Source: Elusimicrobiota bacterium (GTDB lineage Bacteria > Elusimicrobiota > Elusimicrobia > FEN-1173). From it: a DNA stretch of 48,477 nt. Numbering within the stretch: position 1 is the first letter of the stretch; each line of letters starts with the position of its first letter. Positions 1 to 8,180 of the stretch are shown here, piece after piece. The stretch is taken from positions 1 to 48,477 of the forward strand of contig JBQTIM010000085.1 of assembly GCA_052388135.1 (NCBI GenBank). Reading direction: 5' to 3'. The notes beneath the pieces were generated by a model. The model was not told where the DNA came from. It ran no database searches and saw nothing but the letters and a program-made list of their open reading frames with translations. The position numbers and the translations under genes are program-made.

Positions 1-266
1 AAGAAAGTATGGAGAAAGAAAAAGGACACCCCCGGTGGCCTGTGACCGAGGCGTGGGAGCCGAGGAAATGGTTGGAGGGCGCCAGCCCGGAAACCGCGCG
101 CGCCCTTTTTGCGGCGGCCCTCCATTCCGGCCCCTCAAAGGCCCATCGGGGCCGTCAGGTCGGGCCTCCCGCTCCGCAAAAAGGGCGTGCTCGAAACGCC
201 ACAGGGGGACCCCGAAAACCCGGGCCCAAACCCGCAAAAGCGAAGCCACAAAGTGCAAAAGGGGCA

Positions 267-1340
267 CTATTTGATTTCCTTCATTTTGCGGATGATGGCT
301 TCGCCCATTTCGCGGGTGCCGGCGGCGGCTTGGCCGGGCCGCGCCAGGTCGTAGGTCACGTCTTTGCCTTCGGCGATGACGGCGGCGGTGGCGGCCTCGA
401 CGCGGCGCGCGGCTTCCTTTTCCCCCAGATGCTCCAGCATGAGGACGGCCGACAGGAGGACGGCGGTGGGGTTCACCTTGTTCTGGCCCGTGTATTTGGG
501 CGCCGAGCCGTGGACGGCTTCGAAGAGGGCGGTGTCCCTGCCGTGGTTGGCGCCGGGGGCGATGCCGAGGCCGCCGATGAGGCCCGCGCAGAGGTCCGAC
601 AAGATGTCGCCGTAAAGGTTGGGCAAAACGAGGACGTCGTACAGCTCCGGCTTCTGGACGAGCTGCATGCACATGTTGTCGATGAGCCGCTCCTCGTATT
701 CGATGCCGGGGTAGCCCTTGGCCACTTCGCGCGCCACCTCGAAGAAAAGGCCGTCGGTGTACTTCATGATGTTGGCTTTTGTGACGGCCGTGACTTTTCT
801 CCGCTTGTGGGCCACGGCGTGGTCGAAGGCGAACTTCACGATGCGCTCGGTGCCGATGCGGGAAATGGGCTTGATGGAGATGGCGGCGCCGGGGAAGATT
901 TTCCCCTTGGCCCAGCCGATGATCTCCTCCGCTTCCTTGGACTTGGACGGGTACTCCACGCCGGCGTAAAGGTCCTCGGTGTTCTCGCGCACCACCACCA
1001 GGTCGATTTTTTCGTAGCGGGAGCGCACGCCCTCGTAGGACTTGCAGGGCCGCAGGCAGGCGAAGAGGTCCAGCTCCTTGCGCAGGGCCACGTTGACCGA
1101 GCGGAAGCCCGTGCCGATGGGCGTGGTGAGCGGTCCCTTCAGAGCCACCTTGTTCTTGCGGATGGAGGCCAGGACGTTGTCCGGCAGCGGCGTGCCGTAT
1201 TTCTCCGCCACGTCGGCGCCGGCTTCCACCACGTCCCATTCGATTTTGACGCCGGAAGCTTCGATGACGCGGCGCACGGCGGCCGTGATCTCCGGGCCCG
1301 TGCCGTCGCCGGGTATGAGGGTGACGCGATGGGTTGTCAT
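267..1340 (-). CDS. isocitrate/homoisocitrate/3-isopropylmalate dehydrogenase family (beta-decarboxylating dehydrogenase)
   Basis: ORF 267..1421 trimmed to the ATG at 1338-1340 ([18 protein letters not shown]...). Family motifs seen: [41 protein letters not shown]. The 27-aa upstream extension carries no family signal. Confidence 0.85.
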   Translation of the reverse strand: MTTHRVTLIPGDGTGPEITAAVRRVIEASGVKIEWDVVEAGADVAEKYGTPLPDNVLASIRKNKVALKGPLTTPIGTGFRSVNVALRKELDLFACLRPCKSYEGVRSRYEKIDLVVVRENTEDLYAGVEYPSKSKEAEEIIGWAKGKIFPGAAISIKPISRIGTERIVKFAFDHAVAHKRRKVTAVTKANIMKYTDGLFFEVAREVAKGYPGIEYEERLIDNMCMQLVQKPELYDVLVLPNLYGDILSDLCAGLIGGLGIAPGANHGRDTALFEAVHGSAPKYTGQNKVNPTAVLLSAVLMLEHLGEKEAARRVEAATAAVIAEGKDVTYDLARPGQAAAGTREMGEAIIRKMKEIK

Positions 1341-1438
1341 AGGGGTTTGCCTTTCGAGGATCGGGGCGCGGTCCGCGGCGGATCCAGAAACGATTTTATT
1401 TTTAAGCGCGCTTTTTGTCAAACCGGCGAAATTGTATC

Positions 1439-3670
1439 ATGGAAAAAATCATGCGCTTGAGAAGCCTCATCATCCTTCCCCTGCTGGCCGCTTACGCCGG
1501 GGGCGCGGCCTGGACGGCCGGCGCCCTGCGGCGCTACGTGCGCGAACTGCCGCCCATCGAAAAATTGCAGGGTTACACGCCCTCTCTGGTCACCAAGATT
1601 TACGACGTCCGCGGCGACCTGATCTCCGAGCTGTTCGTGGAGCGGCGGGCCGTGCTGGCCCTCCCCGATATTCCGGAGAACATGAAGCTGGCCGTCATCG
1701 CCACGGAAGACGGGCATTTCTACGAGCACTGGGGCGTGTCTCCCAAGGGCATCTTGCGGGCGTTCCTGGCCAACCTGCGCGCCGGGCGGACCGTGCAAGG
1801 CGGGTCCACCATCACCCAGCAATTGGCGAAGAACATTTTCCTCAGTCGGGAGCGCACGCTGGACCGCAAAGTGAAGGAGCTCTTGCTCACGCTTCAGATG
1901 GAGACGTCCTTCAGCAAGGACGAAATTCTCCAGCTTTATCTCAACCAGATCTATTTCGGGCACGGGGCCTACGGCGTGGAGTCGGCCGCGCGGGTGTTCT
2001 TCGGCAAGCCCGCCGCCCGGCTGACCCTGGCCGAGTGCGCCCTGCTGGCCGGCCTGCCGCGCGCGCCGCAGACCTATTCGCCGTTCCTCCACCCGCACCG
2101 CGCCGTGCACCGCCGCAGCCTGGTCCTGCGGCGCATGCGGGAGCAGGGCTTCATCAACGAGGCCGAAGAACTGGCCGTGATGGCCCAGCCCCTGGCTTTG
2201 CCGCGGGAGCCGTTGGCGCCGGCCCTGGGCTCTTATTTCGTGGAGCACGTGCGCCGCCTGCTGGAGCCCAAATACGGAAGCGCGCTCCACCGCGGCGGCC
2301 TGGCCATCCACACCACGCTGGACCTGCGCCTTCAGAAAGCCGCCGAAGACGCCGCCGCCAAGCACCTGGCGCTCTTCGACGAAAAATTCGCCGGCGACCG
2401 CATGGACTGGCTGCTCAAGAACAAGAAAATCTCGAAAGCGGATTACGAGGCCTGGAAGAAGCGGAAAGAAAAGCCCGAGGAAAAGAAGGAGGAAGAGCCG
2501 GCGGAGGCGGACCCCGCCGAGCCCGTGCCGGTGCAGGGCGCCTTCGTGGCCGTCGATCCCCAGACGGGCGGCATCCGCGCCCTGGTGGGCGGCCGCGACT
2601 TCGAAAAGTCCAAGTTCAACCGCGCCGTGCAGGCCAAGCGCCAGCCGGGATCCGCGTTCAAGCCCTTCGTCTACCTCTCCGCCCTGGAAGCCGGCCTGAC
2701 CGCCGGAACCGTGGTGAACGACTATCCCTTGGCTTTCACGGAAGTGGAGCGCAACGCCAAGCTTGTGGCCGAGGCCACGAGCTACATGATGCTCCGGGAA
2801 ATGGTGACGGGCTATTACACGGAGGATTTGCCGGAGGACGCGCCGGACCCCGTCTGGACGCCCCAGAATTGGGACCGCAAATATTTGGGCCCCATCACCC
2901 TGCGCAAGGGCCTGGCGCTGTCGCGGAACCTGGCCACCATCCGCCTCATCGACAAGGTGGGGCCCCGCTCGGTGGCGGAGGTCGCGCGCCGGGCCGGCAT
3001 CCAAAGCCCCTTGGACGCGGTGCTTTCCCTGGGGCTGGGGACTTCGGTCGTCACGCCCCTGGAATTGGCCGGAGCCTACGCCACCTTCGCCAACGGCGGC
3101 ACGCACATGCAGCCCCACTCCGTCCTGCGCGTCTTGGACAAGGACGGCCGCCTTTTGGAGGAGCACACGCCCCAGGGCCGCGTGGCCGTCACGCCCCAGA
3201 ATAATTTTTTGTTCACCCGCCTCCTGCAGGCCGTGGTGCGGGAAGGCACCGGCCGCCGGGCCTCCGTTGTGCACAAGGCCGCCGCCGGCAAGACCGGCAC
3301 CACCCAGGACCAGCGGGACGTCTGGTTCGCCGGGTTCGTTCCCGGCCTGGCGGCGGTCTGCTGGATCGGCTACGACGATTTCGTCCCCTTGGGCGAAGGC
3401 CTCACCAGCGTGGGCACCAGCGTGCCCTGGTGGACGGACTTCATGCTGGAAGCCGTGAAGCTCCTGCCCGGCCGCGACAAGGATTTCGACGTTCCGCCCG
3501 GCATCGTCTTCGCCAAGATAGACGCCGACACGGGCTTTCTGGCCCTGCCCTCCTGCCCCCGCGTGATCCTGGAGGCTTTCCGCAAAGACCGGGTCCCGCA
3601 GGAGTTCTGCGCCGTGGATCACGAAGGCCTTTTGGAACCCTTGGCCCTCGAGAGCGAAATCACCGAGTAG
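1439..3670 (+). CDS. mrcA: class A penicillin-binding protein (PBP1A; transglycosylase + transpeptidase)
   Basis: N-terminal TM helix (LIILPLLAAYAGG). GT51 motifs EDGHFYEHWG and GGSTITQQLAKN; transpeptidase motifs SAFKP, SRN and KTGTT. The ORF-track start at 1415 is TTG; ATG 1439 (or 1451) is more likely. Confidence 0.9.
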   Translation: MEKIMRLRSLIILPLLAAYAGGAAWTAGALRRYVRELPPIEKLQGYTPSLVTKIYDVRGDLISELFVERRAVLALPDIPENMKLAVIATEDGHFYEHWGVSPKGILRAFLANLRAGRTVQGGSTITQQLAKNIFLSRERTLDRKVKELLLTLQMETSFSKDEILQLYLNQIYFGHGAYGVESAARVFFGKPAARLTLAECALLAGLPRAPQTYSPFLHPHRAVHRRSLVLRRMREQGFINEAEELAVMAQPLALPREPLAPALGSYFVEHVRRLLEPKYGSALHRGGLAIHTTLDLRLQKAAEDAAAKHLALFDEKFAGDRMDWLLKNKKISKADYEAWKKRKEKPEEKKEEEPAEADPAEPVPVQGAFVAVDPQTGGIRALVGGRDFEKSKFNRAVQAKRQPGSAFKPFVYLSALEAGLTAGTVVNDYPLAFTEVERNAKLVAEATSYMMLREMVTGYYTEDLPEDAPDPVWTPQNWDRKYLGPITLRKGLALSRNLATIRLIDKVGPRSVAEVARRAGIQSPLDAVLSLGLGTSVVTPLELAGAYATFANGGTHMQPHSVLRVLDKDGRLLEEHTPQGRVAVTPQNNFLFTRLLQAVVREGTGRRASVVHKAAAGKTGTTQDQRDVWFAGFVPGLAAVCWIGYDDFVPLGEGLTSVGTSVPWWTDFMLEAVKLLPGRDKDFDVPPGIVFAKIDADTGFLALPSCPRVILEAFRKDRVPQEFCAVDHEGLLEPLALESEITE

Positions 3671-3699
3671 ATTTCCGCAGAACCGCTTCCCCGAAACCG

Positions 3700-3728
3700 T
3701 TGACGCCCCGCTTTCCCGGGGGTAGAGT
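3700..3728 (+). promoter_or_regulatory. sigma70-like promoter, TTGACG-17 nt-TAGAGT
   Basis: TTGACG at 3700-3705 and TAGAGT at 3723-3728 with an exact 17-nt spacer. The -10 ends 6 nt before ATG 3735 and no Shine-Dalgarno lies between, so the mRNA would be leaderless or nearly so. Confidence 0.5.
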
Positions 3729-3734
3729 TTTGGT

Positions 3735-4937
3735 ATGGATAAACGGCGCGATTATCTCGTTTTGGGCGCCGGCAAGCAGGGTGTGGCGGCCGCCTACGAC
3801 CTTTGCCTGCACGGCGGCGCCGGCCGGCTGACGCTGGCCGACCAGGATTTACGCCAGGCCCGCGCGGGCGTGCGGCGGCTGAAAAAACTTCTGGGCCGGG
3901 CGCCGGTCCGACTCGACGCCCGCCGCGTGGACGGAGCCGGCGCCTCCCAACTGCGCGCGGCCGCCGCCGGTCGGGACGGCGTGCTGAGCGCCCTCCCCTA
4001 TTTTTTGAACCCCGCCGCCGCCGCGGCCGCCGTCGCCGCCCGCGCCCATTACTGCGACCTCGGCGGCTATTTCGAAACCACTCTCAAAATCCTCAAGCTG
4101 GACGCCCGCGCCCGCCGGGCCGGCGTCTCCCTGGTGCCCGACTGCGGCGTCTCGCCCGGGCTCTGCAACAGCCTGGCGGTCTGCGGCATGGAGCGCCTGA
4201 CGACGGCGAGCGAAGTCCGCATCTACTGCGGCGGCCTGCCGCAGAGCCCCCGCCCGCCGCTGGATTACAAAATCGTCTTCAGCCTGGAAGGCTTGTTGGG
4301 AAATTATTTCGGCAAGGCCTACGCCCTGGAGGAAGGAAAAGTCGTCCTGGCCGAGCCGCTTTCGGGCCGGGAGGAATTGTCCTTTCCCCCGCCCCTGGGC
4401 CGCCTAGAGGCCGCCGTCACCGGCGGAGCCACGTCCACCTGCCCGTGGACGTTTCGGGGACGCCTGAAAACCTACGCCTACAAAACGCTCCGCTACCCCG
4501 GACATTTCGCCAAGATCCGCCTGCTCAAGGACCTGGGTCTCATGGACACCAAGACCGTGAAGGTGAAAGGGCGGTCCGTTTCCCCCCGCGACGTCTTTGT
4601 GGCCGCGGCCGGCCCCCGCCTCAAGTTTCCCGACGATCGGGACCTGCTGGTCCAGCGCGTCGTCGTCCGCGGCGAAAAAGACGGCCGCGCGCTGGAGATC
4701 GTTTACGACACGCTGGATTTTTTCGACCCGTCCACGGGGTTCACCGCCATGCAAAGGACCACGGGTTTCTCCGCCGCCGCCGTTCTGGCCCTGGCCGTTC
4801 AGGGGCGCGTGTCCCGCCCCGGCGTCGTGCCCGTGGAAGAAGCCGTTTCGGGCCGCGTGTTTTTAGACGAAATCCGCAAGCGAGGCATCGCCGTGGAAGA
4901 AACCATCCGCGCGGCCGACCGCGCGGGGGTGGCGTAA
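3735..4937 (+). CDS. saccharopine dehydrogenase family oxidoreductase (lysine 6-dehydrogenase / saccharopine DH / carboxynorspermidine DH-like)
   Basis: N-terminal Rossmann motif YLVLGAGKQGVAAAYDL. About 400 aa with overall family-like organisation (PDCGVSPG, YPGH). Substrate cannot be assigned by eye. Confidence 0.7.
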   Translation: MDKRRDYLVLGAGKQGVAAAYDLCLHGGAGRLTLADQDLRQARAGVRRLKKLLGRAPVRLDARRVDGAGASQLRAAAAGRDGVLSALPYFLNPAAAAAAVAARAHYCDLGGYFETTLKILKLDARARRAGVSLVPDCGVSPGLCNSLAVCGMERLTTASEVRIYCGGLPQSPRPPLDYKIVFSLEGLLGNYFGKAYALEEGKVVLAEPLSGREELSFPPPLGRLEAAVTGGATSTCPWTFRGRLKTYAYKTLRYPGHFAKIRLLKDLGLMDTKTVKVKGRSVSPRDVFVAAAGPRLKFPDDRDLLVQRVVVRGEKDGRALEIVYDTLDFFDPSTGFTAMQRTTGFSAAAVLALAVQGRVSRPGVVPVEEAVSGRVFLDEIRKRGIAVEETIRAADRAGVA

Positions 4938-4940
4938 TCA

Positions 4941-5027
4941 ATGAGGAAGGATGAAGTATGAATGATGAAAACAACGAGAAAAAGCGGCAGACTTTTTTTC
5001 ATCCTTCATCATTCATAATTCATCATG
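4941..5027. repeat. AT-rich imperfect palindrome built from GATGAA/TATGAA-type units
   Basis: Left arm ATGAGGAAGGATGAAGTATGAATGATGAAAA (4941-4971) and right arm TTTTCATCCTTCATCATTCATAATTCATCAT (4997-5027) pair with one bulge. This is an AT-rich island in a GC-rich genome, and a related half-copy lies at 6561-6588. Confidence 0.7.
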
Positions 5028-5036
5028 GAGGTTCGG

Positions 5037-6566
5037 ATGAAGAAACAGCCGAATAAGCTTCCCAAGGCCGGTTCCGAAGGCGCCTACAATTTCATCGCCG
5101 GGCGCTGGCGCCGCGCGTCCAAAGGCGGCGGCTCCTTCGAAAACCGCAACCCGGCCACCGGCGAGCTCGTCAACGTTTACCCCGAGTCCACGGAGCAGGA
5201 CGTCAACGACGCGGTGCAATCCGCCCGCCGGGCCTACGACTCCTGGCGCAAAACGCCCGCCGCCAAGCGCGGAGAAATCCTGCTCAAGTCCATGCGGCTC
5301 CTGGAGGAGCGCAAGGAGGATTTCGCCCGCGCCATGACGCGGGAGATGGGCAAAGTGCTGGCCGAAACCCGCGGCGACGTGCAGGAGGCCATCGACACGG
5401 CCTTCTATTACGCCGGAGAAGGCCGCCGGCTCTTCGGCCAGACCACCACCTCGGAACTGCCGGACAAATTCGCCATGTCCCTGCGCGCGCCCGTGGGCGT
5501 CTGCGGCCTCATCACGCCCTGGAATTTTCCCATGGCCATCCCCTCTTGGAAAATTTACCCCGCCCTCCTCTGCGGCAACACGGTGGTGCTGAAGCCGGCC
5601 TCCTACACGCCGGACTCGGCGCGGAACCTGGTGGCCTGCCTGGAGGAAGCGGGCGTTCCCCCGGGCGTCGTGAACCTGGTTTACGGCCGGGGCGGAACGG
5701 TCGGAACGTGGATGTTGAAGCATTCGGATGTGGACCTGATTTCCTTCACCGGCTCCAGCGACGTCGGCGCCCGCGTGGCCGCGGCCTGCGCCCGCACCTT
5801 CAAGCGGTGCAGCCTCGAGCTGGGCGGCAAGAACGCCCAGATCGTCATGGACGACGCGGATTTGGATCTGGCCCTGGAGGGCGCCCTCTGGGGCGCCTTC
5901 GGCACCACGGGCCAGCGCTGCACCGCCACCAGCCGGCTCATCGTCCACGAAAAAGTCTTCAAGGAATTTTCCGAGCGGCTGGTGGAAAAGGCCAAGGCCC
6001 TGCGGGTGGGCGACGGCTTGGACGCCGAGACGCAAATGGGCCCCTTGGTGAGTGGCTCCCAGCTCAAGACCGTGCGCAAATACGTCGAGGTCGGGCGCCG
6101 AGCGGACCGCGCCAAACTCCTCTGCGGCGGATCCGCCTTGACGGTGGACAATTACGCGCAGGGTTTTTTCCACCAGCCCACCATCTTCGCCGGCTCTCCG
6201 GACATGCGCGTCGCCCAGGAGGAAATTTTCGGTCCCGTGACCGTGCTCCTCAAAGTCCGGTCTTTCGAAGAAGCCATGGCCGTTTTAAACGGCACCGTTT
6301 ACGGCCTTTCGGGCTCCCTCTACACGCGCGACGTCAACCGCGTCATGCGCGCCCTGCGGGACATGGAAACCGGCATCACCTACGTGAACGCCCCCACCAT
6401 CGGCGCCGAAGTCCATCTCCCCTTCGGCGGCGTCAAGCGCACGGGCAACGGGCACCGCGAGGCCGGCACCGCCGCCTTGGATATTTTTTCCGAATGGAAA
6501 GCGGTCTACATAGATTATTCGGGCAAGCTCCAGAAAGCCCAAATAGACGACGCCAAGCAAGGATGA
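5037..6566 (+). CDS. NAD(P)-dependent aldehyde dehydrogenase
   Basis: ALDH motifs seen: [24 protein letters not shown], catalytic-Cys region [16 protein letters not shown]. Start moved from 5025 to ATG 5037 because GGAGG (5027-5031) sits 5 nt upstream of it. Confidence 0.9.
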   Translation: MKKQPNKLPKAGSEGAYNFIAGRWRRASKGGGSFENRNPATGELVNVYPESTEQDVNDAVQSARRAYDSWRKTPAAKRGEILLKSMRLLEERKEDFARAMTREMGKVLAETRGDVQEAIDTAFYYAGEGRRLFGQTTTSELPDKFAMSLRAPVGVCGLITPWNFPMAIPSWKIYPALLCGNTVVLKPASYTPDSARNLVACLEEAGVPPGVVNLVYGRGGTVGTWMLKHSDVDLISFTGSSDVGARVAAACARTFKRCSLELGGKNAQIVMDDADLDLALEGALWGAFGTTGQRCTATSRLIVHEKVFKEFSERLVEKAKALRVGDGLDAETQMGPLVSGSQLKTVRKYVEVGRRADRAKLLCGGSALTVDNYAQGFFHQPTIFAGSPDMRVAQEEIFGPVTVLLKVRSFEEAMAVLNGTVYGLSGSLYTRDVNRVMRALRDMETGITYVNAPTIGAEVHLPFGGVKRTGNGHREAGTAALDIFSEWKAVYIDYSGKLQKAQIDDAKQG

Positions 6567-6588
6567 ATGATGAGGGATGAAAAGCGGC
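6561..6588. repeat. second (half) copy of the GGATGAA...GATGAAAAGCGGC element
   Basis: GGATGAATGATGAGGGATGAAAAGCGGC resembles 4949-4988 (GGATGAAGTATGAATGATGAAAACAACGAGAAAAAGCGGC). It overlaps the ALDH stop codon. Confidence 0.55.
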
Positions 6589-6619
6589 TTGCGGAACAGA
6601 GACGAGGTCTTGCGGGTTC

Positions 6620-7570
6620 ATGAGCGAACTGCACGCCCCCCACCGCCACGTGCGCGCCGCCGGGGCCCGGGAAAAATTTCTAGTGGATTTGTTCGACACC
6701 CTGTGGGCGCGCTATCGCTCCCGCATGGAATACGTGCGCAAGTATGAGGCCGTGGTCCAAGCCCACGGGGCAACATTCGTCAACGACCACATCGCCTTCC
6801 GCACTTTCGCCTCGCAGGAGCCGCCGGCGGGCATCTTCTCCATTTCCCGCTTGTTCGAGGCTCTCGGCTACCGCGGCGCCGCCTGCTATGAGTTCCCCGA
6901 CAAGCATTTCAATTCCATCCATTACCAGCATCCCAACCCTCAGCTTCCCAAACTGTTCATCACGCAATTGAGGACCTGGGAGCTTTCCCCCGCCGGCCGC
7001 CGCATCGTGCGGAACGCTCTGCGCAGCCACCGGCCGCCGATCTCCGACGCGGACCTGGCCGCCCTTCACGGCCTCGAAGAAGCCCGGCCGGCCGCGCGGG
7101 CCAAGCTTTTAAAGTCCATGGCGCGCCGGTTCGCCGATCTCCCCTGGGATCTGCCGCAAGAAAAAGACGTCCTCCGCTTGAACGAGGAAAGCCAGTTCGG
7201 CGCCTGGGTGCTGGTCAACGGCTACGACGTGAACCATTTCACCGCGTCGGTGGATTCCCACGGCGTGGCTGCTTTGGGCGACATCGAAAAAACCGTCTCC
7301 GCCCTGCGCGCGGCCGGCGTGCCCATGAAAAAGGAGATCGAAGGGGAGCGGGGGACCAAGCTCAGGCAGAGCTCCACGGAGGCCGTCACGCTGGAAACCG
7401 CCGTCCTGCGCGGAAGCCGGCGGATCAAAATCCCCTGGCCCTACGCCTACTTTGAAATCGCGGAACGGCCTTTGATCAAAAATCCCGGCACGGGGCGGAT
7501 GGAGCGCTTTGAAGGTTTCTTGGGCGGGCAAGCGACGAATCTCTTCGACATGACCAAGCGCGTCTCCTGA
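6620..7570 (+). CDS. DUF1338 / HglS-YdcJ family protein (putative 2-oxoadipate dioxygenase/decarboxylase)
   Basis: The family-typical metal/substrate motif VNDHIAFRT, a later NHFTASV and YFEIAER match the His/His/Glu plus Arg pattern I recall for DUF1338. About 316 aa. Confidence 0.7.
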   Translation: MSELHAPHRHVRAAGAREKFLVDLFDTLWARYRSRMEYVRKYEAVVQAHGATFVNDHIAFRTFASQEPPAGIFSISRLFEALGYRGAACYEFPDKHFNSIHYQHPNPQLPKLFITQLRTWELSPAGRRIVRNALRSHRPPISDADLAALHGLEEARPAARAKLLKSMARRFADLPWDLPQEKDVLRLNEESQFGAWVLVNGYDVNHFTASVDSHGVAALGDIEKTVSALRAAGVPMKKEIEGERGTKLRQSSTEAVTLETAVLRGSRRIKIPWPYAYFEIAERPLIKNPGTGRMERFEGFLGGQATNLFDMTKRVS

Positions 7571-7700
7571 CCTGGAGCGCGATGTTCCCCTATTCTGTTT
7601 TTTGCCCCTTGTCCAATATACGCAGGCCAGGTCTCAGCCGATTGTAAGGGTGTCACCTACCGAAGGCCGGGGCTTTGGGGAGCGGACGGCCTATTTGTCT

Positions 7701-7725
7701 GGATTCCGGCTTTCGCCGGAATGAC
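7701..7725. repeat. short hairpin motif GGATTCCGGC-TTTC-GCCGGAATGAC
   Basis: Perfect 8-bp stem ATTCCGGC/GCCGGAAT (7703-7710 / 7715-7722) with a 4-nt loop. It belongs to the widespread GTCATTCC..GGAATC hairpin type often mis-translated as VIPAKAGIQ. Confidence 0.6.
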
Positions 7726-7739
7726 GGCAAAACCGAGCA

Positions 7740-8073
7740 CCTCTCGATGCGCGTACGCAAAATCCTGGCCGGGGCGGGACGGGAGCCCAGAGGGCGGGCT
7801 CCGACCGGGAGGAAAAGACTATAAGCGGGCTCTTTGAAGAGCCCGCCCGGTCATGCCCCCGCACTGGGTGCCCGTCTGTGTTGTGCCTCTCGATCCGCAT
7901 GCGTAAAATTCTGGCCGGGGCGGGACGGGAGCCCAGAGGGCGGGCTCCGACCGGGAGGAAAAGACTATAAGCGGGCTCTTTGAAGAGCCCGCCCCGGTCA
8001 TGCCCCCGCACTGGGTGCCCGTCTGTGGAGCGCCTCTCGATGCGCGTACGTAAAATCTTGGCCGGGGCGGGAC
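7740..8073. repeat. tandem repeat, 146/147-bp unit, 2.3 copies, terminal copy fused to the tRNA-Leu 3' end
   Basis: Units start at 7740, 7886 and 8033. Units 1 and 2 share an identical core of about 100 bp. Each begins with the 41-nt block CCTCTCGAT.CGC.T.CG.AAAAT..TGGCCGGGGCGGGAC. Confidence 0.9.
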
Positions 8074-8144
8074 TTGAACCCGCACGGGCCTTGCGGCCCT
8101 CAGGATTTTAAGTCCTGTGCGTCTGCCAGTTTCGCCACCCGGCC
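8059..8144 (-). tRNA. tRNA-Leu (anticodon UAA), type II with long variable arm
   Basis: The reverse complement folds as acceptor GGCCGGG/CCCGGCC, D-arm GCG..CGC, anticodon stem CAGGA/UCCUG with loop CUUAAAA, variable arm GGGCCGCAAGGCCC, and T-arm GCGGG-UUCAAGU-CCCGC. Discriminator is A and CCA is not encoded. Confidence 0.9.
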
Positions 8145-8180
8145 GTTCGCCGTATTATAGCACCTGGGCGGCGGGGTCGT

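Noticed and set aside
9-3622. Very long ORFs overlapping the dehydrogenase and PBP1A genes: 9..1460 (+), 1042..3204 (+), 1418..3622 (-).
   Set aside because: They are antisense to, or out of frame with, genes that carry unmistakable family motifs. Their translations are Arg/Gly/Pro/Ala-rich low-complexity strings typical of shadow ORFs in GC-rich DNA, and none carries a recognisable domain.
7740-8073. Possible CRISPR array, given regularly spaced repeats near a tRNA.
   Set aside because: The period is 146-147 bp and the whole unit is repeated, so there are no unique spacers. The 41-nt block is not a CRISPR-like repeat flanked by variable sequence, and no cas genes are present in the window.
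7691-8085. ORFs 7691..8011 (-) and 7819..8085 (-) across the region next to tRNA-Leu.
   Set aside because: Both read straight through the 146-bp tandem repeat, so their peptides are internally repeated. They also run through the hairpin motif and into the tRNA gene. They are artefacts of non-coding repeats.
7571-8160. Integrated prophage or genomic island at tRNA-Leu.
   Set aside because: The duplicated tRNA 3' end suggested att sites, but there is no integrase, excisionase or any cargo ORF between or beside the copies. The neighbouring genes on both sides look chromosomal. It is kept only as a scar or structured-RNA hypothesis in the findings.
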